A stretch of 64,000 nucleotides of DNA from Candidatus Woesebacteria bacterium (GTDB lineage Bacteria > Patescibacteriota > Microgenomatia > UBA8517): assembly GCA_963716475.1 (NCBI GenBank), contig OY970314.1:10479-74478 (forward strand). Direction: 5' to 3'. Positions 58,910-64,000 of the stretch are shown piece after piece. Below the pieces are notes generated by a model. The model was not told the DNA's origin, made no database searches, and saw only the letters and a program-made list of their open reading frames with translations. A program made the position numbers and the translations under genes. Within the stretch, counting starts at the first letter, position 1, and every line of letters begins with the position of its first letter.

Positions 58910-61117
58910 ATGCAGAAAAAGTACGATCACGCAAGAGTTGAGAAGAAGTGGCAGGAAAAGTGGAAGAAAGAGGGGATTTATGATTCAGGCGATGGAGTGC
59001 TCCATAAAAAGTACATACTTGACATGTTCCCTTACCCGTCGGGGTCAACCATGCATGTAGGGCATCTTGAGGGCTATGTAGGTACGGATATACTGTCCAG
59101 GTACCTTAGGATGAACGGCTTTTCCGTGCTTCATCCGATGGGCTGGGACGCTTTCGGACTCCCCGCCGAAAACTATGCCATTAAAACCGGAATTGATCCC
59201 GATAAGTCAACTCACGATAACATAAATATTTTTAAGCGCCAGCTTGCCATATCCGGACTTTCTTACGATTGGTCCCGCGAAATTGATACCAGCTCTCCCG
59301 AGTTTTACAAATGGACCCAGTGGCTTTTTATCTTAATGTATAAGAAGGGTCTGGCGTATAAGAAGAGGGCTGCTGTTAATTGGTGTCCTAAAGACGAAAC
59401 CGTGCTGGCCAACGAGCAGGTGATAGACGGTAAGTGCGAGAGGTGTGACACACCCGTGGTTCAAAAAGAACTAGATCAATGGTTTCTCAAAATAACAGCT
59501 TATGCCGATAAACTGATATCTGGCTTGGACGGTATTGATTGGCCGGATGAGGTTAAAACCCAGCAGAGAAACTGGATCGGAAAGTCGGAGGGCAGAACCA
59601 TAGAGTTTGAAGTCGTGGGCGGCAATAGGAAAATAAAGGTCTTTACAACCCGGCCCGATACCCTTAATAGTGCGACGTTTTTGGCAGTAGCTTCCGCAGA
59701 AAATAAGGATCTGAAAGAAAAATGGGGTAAATTTGCAGGCGAATATGCGATCAATCCCCTAAATGGCGACAAACTTCCGATTTGGGAAACGAATTATGTT
59801 GATATCGGTTACGGAACGGGTGCGATAATGGGGGTTCCGGCATATGACGAAAGGGATAGAGAATTTGCAAATAAATACCACATTGATATAGTTGAAAAGC
59901 CTTTTACAAAAGAAATTTTAGGAGAGAAAACCACGCATTACCATCTTCGCGATTGGTTGATTTCAAGACAACGCTATTGGGGTTGTCCGATCCCAATGGT
60001 TTATTGTAAAGATTGCGGATGGCAACCAGTTTCTGATGCAGATTTACCTATTATGTTACCTAAAGATGTAGGCTTTTTACCGCACGGTGAAAGCCCCATC
60101 GCCAGGTCAAAAACTTTCCAGCGGGGAGTAAAGTGCCCGAAATGCGGTAAAGATGCGAAGCGCGAAGTAGACACAATGGATACTTATATCGATTCATCTT
60201 GGTACTTTATACGTTTTGTTGACCCGAAAAACAGTAAGGAGTTTGCCTCAGGTGAAAGCATTAAAAAATGGCTTCCGGTCGATGATTATGTTGGCGGCGG
60301 GCACGTTGTCCAACATCTTCTTTTCGCCAGATTTTTCTGGAAGGTGCTTTTTGACTCCGGTCTTATAGAGAAAAGCTTAGGGGATGAACCTTTTTTGAAG
60401 CTCAGGGCACCCGGTTGGATATTGGGGGCCGATTTCAAAAAGATGAGTAAAAGGTGGGGGAATGTGGTTACACCCGATGAGATTATTCCCAAGTTCGGTG
60501 CGGACACCCTGAGGGTCTATGAGATGTTTATGGGACCCTTTGAGGTAATGAAGCCCTGGAGCGTAACCGGTGTGGAAGGAGCGTACAGATTTTTGGGAAA
60601 GGTTTGGAGACTATTTAACGAGAAGCCGAATGAGAAAACGAGTTCGGAGGTTGCTTCAAAACTGCATCAAACTATTAAAAAGGTTACTGGTGATATTGAA
60701 GGATACAAGTTTAACACCGCAATTTCATCCCTTATGGAATTGGTGAACGTGATGAATGAGTATAAAGTACATAATACAGAATATTTGGAGAAGCTGGCTC
60801 TACTTTTGGCTCCTTTTGCACCCCATTTAAGTGAGGAAGTCTGGGTGGAAGTTCTTGGTAAGCCCTTTAGTGTTCACAAGGCTAAATGGCCTAAATATGA
60901 TAGTAGTTTGATAAAGAGTGATATGGTTGAGGTTGTGGTTCAGGTGAACGGAAAAATGAGGGGAACCCTGAATTTGGGGCTAGAGATATCGGACAGGGAG
61001 TCGGAAGTTACCCGGTTGGCAAAAGATGACGAAAAAATAGCAAAATGGTTGGAAGGTGGGGAAATAATCAAAACAATTTTTGTTCCGGGAAAACTTATCA
61101 ATTTTGTTATTTCATAA
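58910..61117 (+). CDS. leuS: Leucyl-tRNA synthetase (compact, 735 aa)
   Basis: Class I 'HVGH' and 'KMSKR' signatures. Editing-domain motifs 'TTRPDT' and 'GTGAIMGVPAYDERDREFA'. Zn-binding Cys clusters. Confidence 0.9.
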   Translation: MQKKYDHARVEKKWQEKWKKEGIYDSGDGVLHKKYILDMFPYPSGSTMHVGHLEGYVGTDILSRYLRMNGFSVLHPMGWDAFGLPAENYAIKTGIDPDKSTHDNINIFKRQLAISGLSYDWSREIDTSSPEFYKWTQWLFILMYKKGLAYKKRAAVNWCPKDETVLANEQVIDGKCERCDTPVVQKELDQWFLKITAYADKLISGLDGIDWPDEVKTQQRNWIGKSEGRTIEFEVVGGNRKIKVFTTRPDTLNSATFLAVASAENKDLKEKWGKFAGEYAINPLNGDKLPIWETNYVDIGYGTGAIMGVPAYDERDREFANKYHIDIVEKPFTKEILGEKTTHYHLRDWLISRQRYWGCPIPMVYCKDCGWQPVSDADLPIMLPKDVGFLPHGESPIARSKTFQRGVKCPKCGKDAKREVDTMDTYIDSSWYFIRFVDPKNSKEFASGESIKKWLPVDDYVGGGHVVQHLLFARFFWKVLFDSGLIEKSLGDEPFLKLRAPGWILGADFKKMSKRWGNVVTPDEIIPKFGADTLRVYEMFMGPFEVMKPWSVTGVEGAYRFLGKVWRLFNEKPNEKTSSEVASKLHQTIKKVTGDIEGYKFNTAISSLMELVNVMNEYKVHNTEYLEKLALLLAPFAPHLSEEVWVEVLGKPFSVHKAKWPKYDSSLIKSDMVEVVVQVNGKMRGTLNLGLEISDRESEVTRLAKDDEKIAKWLEGGEIIKTIFVPGKLINFVIS

Positions 61118-61126
61118 CACCCTGTC

Positions 61127-61750
61127 ATGCCAAACTGGGAGGAGATATTTTTAAAATATCGTTATCCTTTTTTAATACTTCTAGTGGGACTTGTCTTGAC
61201 CCTTTCCGGCGCCTTTATTGTTAAAAGCGGGCTGATGTCTTCCTCTACAAAAGTAGAGGTCCTAACAGCCACTACATCGGGTCAGATTACAGGAGAAATT
61301 ACCGTAGAGATTGCAGGGGAAGTGTTAGCCCCGGGGGTCTATAAATTGCCGGCGGGGAGTAGAGTTAATGATTTATTAGTTATTTCGGGCGGGTTTACCG
61401 CCGGTGCGGATAGAAGTTGGACGGATAAATATCTTAATAGAGCAGCAAAATTAATTGATGGTCAAAAGGTATTTATTCCGTCTATTAATCAGCAGTCAGA
61501 CGTCTTAAGTGCTAAAAATAGTGGAGGGGATCAAACTGTGTCATCAAATTTTACATCCGATAGTAGTAGTCAAATTAACATAAATACTGCCAGCCTTAGC
61601 CAACTTGACTCGCTGCCGGGAATTGGTCCTGTTTACGGCCAAAGTATCATTGATCACAGACCTTACTCAAACATTGACGAACTCCTATCAAAGGGGGCTT
61701 TGCGTTCTTCGGTCTATCAAAAGATAAAAGATTTAGTAACCGTCTTTTAA
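61127..61750 (+). CDS. comEA: Competence protein ComEA (TM anchor, SLBB-like domain, tandem helix-hairpin-helix DNA-binding region)
   Basis: 'INTASLSQLDSLPGIGPVYGQSIIDHRPYSNIDELLSKGALRSSVYQKIKDLV' is the canonical ComEA HhH region. Confidence 0.8.
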   Translation: MPNWEEIFLKYRYPFLILLVGLVLTLSGAFIVKSGLMSSSTKVEVLTATTSGQITGEITVEIAGEVLAPGVYKLPAGSRVNDLLVISGGFTAGADRSWTDKYLNRAAKLIDGQKVFIPSINQQSDVLSAKNSGGDQTVSSNFTSDSSSQININTASLSQLDSLPGIGPVYGQSIIDHRPYSNIDELLSKGALRSSVYQKIKDLVTVF

Positions 61751-61770
61751 TTTTTAATCGCAAATTTATA

Positions 61771-62877
61771 ATGATCGACAAACCCCCAGTTCCGAAATAT
61801 TTTAATGGGGTTTTGTTTAGAAATCTGGCATTATTGATTTTTATAATTTTGTTAATATGTTTTCGTTATTTTACTACCCGCCCGGTTTACAAAAACGGCG
61901 ACACCGTCCGGATTACCGCAACCGTTTTTTCTGACCCGATAAGTTATCCCGGTTCCCGGGGATTAAAAGTTGCGGGAATGACCGTTTATCTGCCGCTTTT
62001 TCCCGAAATAAGTTATGGGGATAGAGTAGTAATCGAAGGAGTTGTGGAAGACGGAAAATTAAAAAATCCAAAACTGATAAGCGTTGCCGAAAGTCAGGGT
62101 TTCGGGTCGGCTATAAGAAATAAAATAATTGCCTTTTATCAGCAGGTTTTACCCCAACCAATGTCGGGACTTATCGCCGGGGTGACTTTGGGAAGCAAAG
62201 GGACCTTAACTGCTGATTTTTGGAATCAGGTAAAACATACCGGAGTGGCTCATGTGGTTGTGGCGTCGGGGACTAATGTGACTTTTGTAGTTTCTTTCCT
62301 AATGGGAATAATAACTTTTTTCCTGCCGCGAAAGAAAGCGGTGGTTTTTGTTATATTGGGTATTATTTTGTATCTGTTTTTGTCTGGGTTTGAGGCCCCA
62401 CTCATTAGGGCTGCGGTTATGGCTACTTTTGCCTTTTGGGCGGTAGAGGCAGGCCGGCTTATTAATGCCTGGCGGATATTATTTCTGACTGCGGGAATGA
62501 TGCTTATCGTCCAACCCGATTGGTTGGGGGATGTGGGCTTTGCGCTATCATTCGTTTCTACAGCCTCTATTATGCTTTTTGAAAAACGGATCTCAAAGTG
62601 GCTGAAGTTCATTCCTGAGGTTTTGAAAGAGGGCTTATCAACCTCGTTTGCAGCTCAAATTGGTGTAGCTCCGATACTGTTTGTTACATTTGGACAGTTT
62701 AATATATGGTCTCCGCTTATAAATGCTTTAGTTCTTTGGACAATTCCATATATTATGATTTTAGGAAGCATTGGGGGAGCACTAGGACTCATATTCCCAT
62801 TTTTAGGCAAAATGATTCTTTGGCTTTCCTATCCGCTAAATTGGTGGTTTGTAGCAATAGTACAGATATTCGGATGA
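61771..62877 (+). CDS. comEC: ComEC/Rec2 DNA-uptake channel, N-terminal part (OB/DUF4131 plus Competence domain)
   Basis: Periplasmic OB-like 'GDTVRITATVFSDP', then the polytopic competence domain with 'HTGVAHVVVASGTNVTFVVSFLMG' (the conserved ComEC 'H..A.SG.' segment). Confidence 0.75.
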   Translation: MIDKPPVPKYFNGVLFRNLALLIFIILLICFRYFTTRPVYKNGDTVRITATVFSDPISYPGSRGLKVAGMTVYLPLFPEISYGDRVVIEGVVEDGKLKNPKLISVAESQGFGSAIRNKIIAFYQQVLPQPMSGLIAGVTLGSKGTLTADFWNQVKHTGVAHVVVASGTNVTFVVSFLMGIITFFLPRKKAVVFVILGIILYLFLSGFEAPLIRAAVMATFAFWAVEAGRLINAWRILFLTAGMMLIVQPDWLGDVGFALSFVSTASIMLFEKRISKWLKFIPEVLKEGLSTSFAAQIGVAPILFVTFGQFNIWSPLINALVLWTIPYIMILGSIGGALGLIFPFLGKMILWLSYPLNWWFVAIVQIFG

Positions 62878-63752
62878 AACTTTGGAAATATATCTTCGGC
62901 GTTTTGTTATTGACTGTTTTTTTGATAGTGATCGCCATATTTCAAATTCCTGACGATAATCTTCATATCGTCGCCTGTAATGTAGGACTTGGGGATGCCA
63001 TTTTGATCACTTACGGAAAAACACAGATTTTAACGGATGGGGGACCGGACAAAAGTGTTTTAGGTTGTCTTGGAAAGTATATGCCCTTTTGGGATAGGGA
63101 CATAGAACTCGTCGTTTCTACACATCCGGACGCGGACCATTCAACGGGACTGGTCGATGTTATTAAGAATTACAAAGTTGACGAAATAATGATTAATCCG
63201 ATAGATCCTGGCACTTCTGTCTATGAAGTGCTAAAAAAAGAGGTGGGGGGTCGGGGTGTACCCGTGATAAATCCGGTAGAAGGCACAAGACTTAGCGTGG
63301 GTCTGATATATTTAGATATACTTGAGCCCTCGGAAGAATTATATAGCAGGTTAATGGTCAAAGACGTTAGCAGTAAACTGGCAAAGTATGATATTAAAAG
63401 CGAGACAAATCTATATTCAATAGTGTATAAACTTAGCTTCAAAAACTTTTCCGGATTATTCACCGGAGATATCCCCCCCGAAATATCAGACGGCCTATCG
63501 GCTCTGAGCGAAGTCGAAGGGTTGGACTATATCAAAATACCTCACCATGGAAGTGTCAACGGTTTAACCGAAAATCTCCTCAAGGCACTTATGCCTAAAA
63601 TTGCGGTAATCAGTGTCGGTAAAAATATCTGGAGTTTTCCCCGTCCCGAAATTTTAGACATGTTGGCAAAGTATGGAGTTAAAATTTTACGGACGGATAA
63701 GGTGGGGGATGTCCAAGTAATAACCGACGGAACAAAGTATTGGATAAAGTAA
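62874..63752 (+). CDS. comEC: ComEC C-terminal metallo-beta-lactamase-fold domain encoded as a separate TM-anchored protein
   Basis: Starts in an ATGA overlap with the upstream stop. TM 'IFGVLLLTVFLIVIAIF'. MBL motif 'STHPDADHSTG' and 'IPHHGS'. Confidence 0.7.
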   Translation: MKLWKYIFGVLLLTVFLIVIAIFQIPDDNLHIVACNVGLGDAILITYGKTQILTDGGPDKSVLGCLGKYMPFWDRDIELVVSTHPDADHSTGLVDVIKNYKVDEIMINPIDPGTSVYEVLKKEVGGRGVPVINPVEGTRLSVGLIYLDILEPSEELYSRLMVKDVSSKLAKYDIKSETNLYSIVYKLSFKNFSGLFTGDIPPEISDGLSALSEVEGLDYIKIPHHGSVNGLTENLLKALMPKIAVISVGKNIWSFPRPEILDMLAKYGVKILRTDKVGDVQVITDGTKYWIK

Positions 63753-63757
63753 AAAGA

Positions 63758-63994
63758 TTAATGTATTCCCATACGGATAAGTGTTTCCTGTCTCCGCTGA
63801 CTGTTTACCCCTGCCGCCGGGCCCATGAATTGGTAGTCACTGTTGCACTTATCGGATTTACCTCGTGAGCGCATGTTTTTATTCTGAATTACTCTGGCCT
63901 CTTCACCTGCTTTCACCAGGTCTTCATGGAAATTGGGACTGCCGTAGATGAGTATTCGATTCCAAGGTTGGTCGGGTTTAGTTTCTGCTGTCAT
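63758..63994 (-). CDS. Small hypothetical protein (78 aa)
   Basis: Complete ORF bounded by an in-frame stop just upstream. No recognisable motif. Confidence 0.25.
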   Translation of the reverse strand: MTAETKPDQPWNRILIYGSPNFHEDLVKAGEEARVIQNKNMRSRGKSDKCNSDYQFMGPAAGVNSQRRQETLIRMGIH

Positions 63995-64000
63995 TCAACA

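Noticed and set aside
58910-61117. LeuRS is ~125 aa shorter than E. coli LeuRS
   Set aside because: HIGH, KMSKS and editing-domain motifs (TTRPDT, conserved Asp region) are all present. The shortening is probably loss of accessory insertions typical of reduced genomes and not a pseudogene.

Overview
The window reads as a gene-dense bacterial chromosome segment, probably from a small-genome Gram-positive-like lineage (a CPR/Patescibacteria-type organism is an inference from gene content, not a search result).

From the 5' end it contains:
- The 3' part of an rRNA operon: 23S (8-2954) and 5S (2998-3113), followed by a strong intrinsic terminator.
- A housekeeping block: an S1-domain ribosomal protein, radA, a sortase, rho, a LysM/M23 peptidase, leuS, comEA and a comEC split into two genes.
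- A tRNA-Ala(CGC) with an adjacent duplicated 3' fragment.
- Many secreted or membrane-anchored proteins. These include a collagen-like protein, a metallophosphoesterase with a dockerin next to a protein with a cohesin-like module, TPR-fused GT-C/O-antigen-ligase-like membrane proteins, and a duplicated module of paralogous surface proteins.
- A ~26.7-kb run of five co-directional minus-strand genes (23741-50431) that encodes over 9,500 aa of secreted, highly repetitive protein.

Within that 26.7-kb locus, two 'genes' of 3026 and 2648 aa look like a single ~5.7-k-aa gene broken by a one-base insertion inside a near-identical repeat. They are built from phage-tail-fibre-like repeat modules and share kilobase-scale near-identical DNA repeats. 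Upstream of them sits a protein with integrase-type SAM-like core-binding domains but no catalytic domain. It is separated from the giant ORF only by an in-frame TAA, and the same half-domain is fused to the giant protein's cytoplasmic N-terminus. I found no CRISPR, restriction-modification, toxin-antitoxin or other known defence system.
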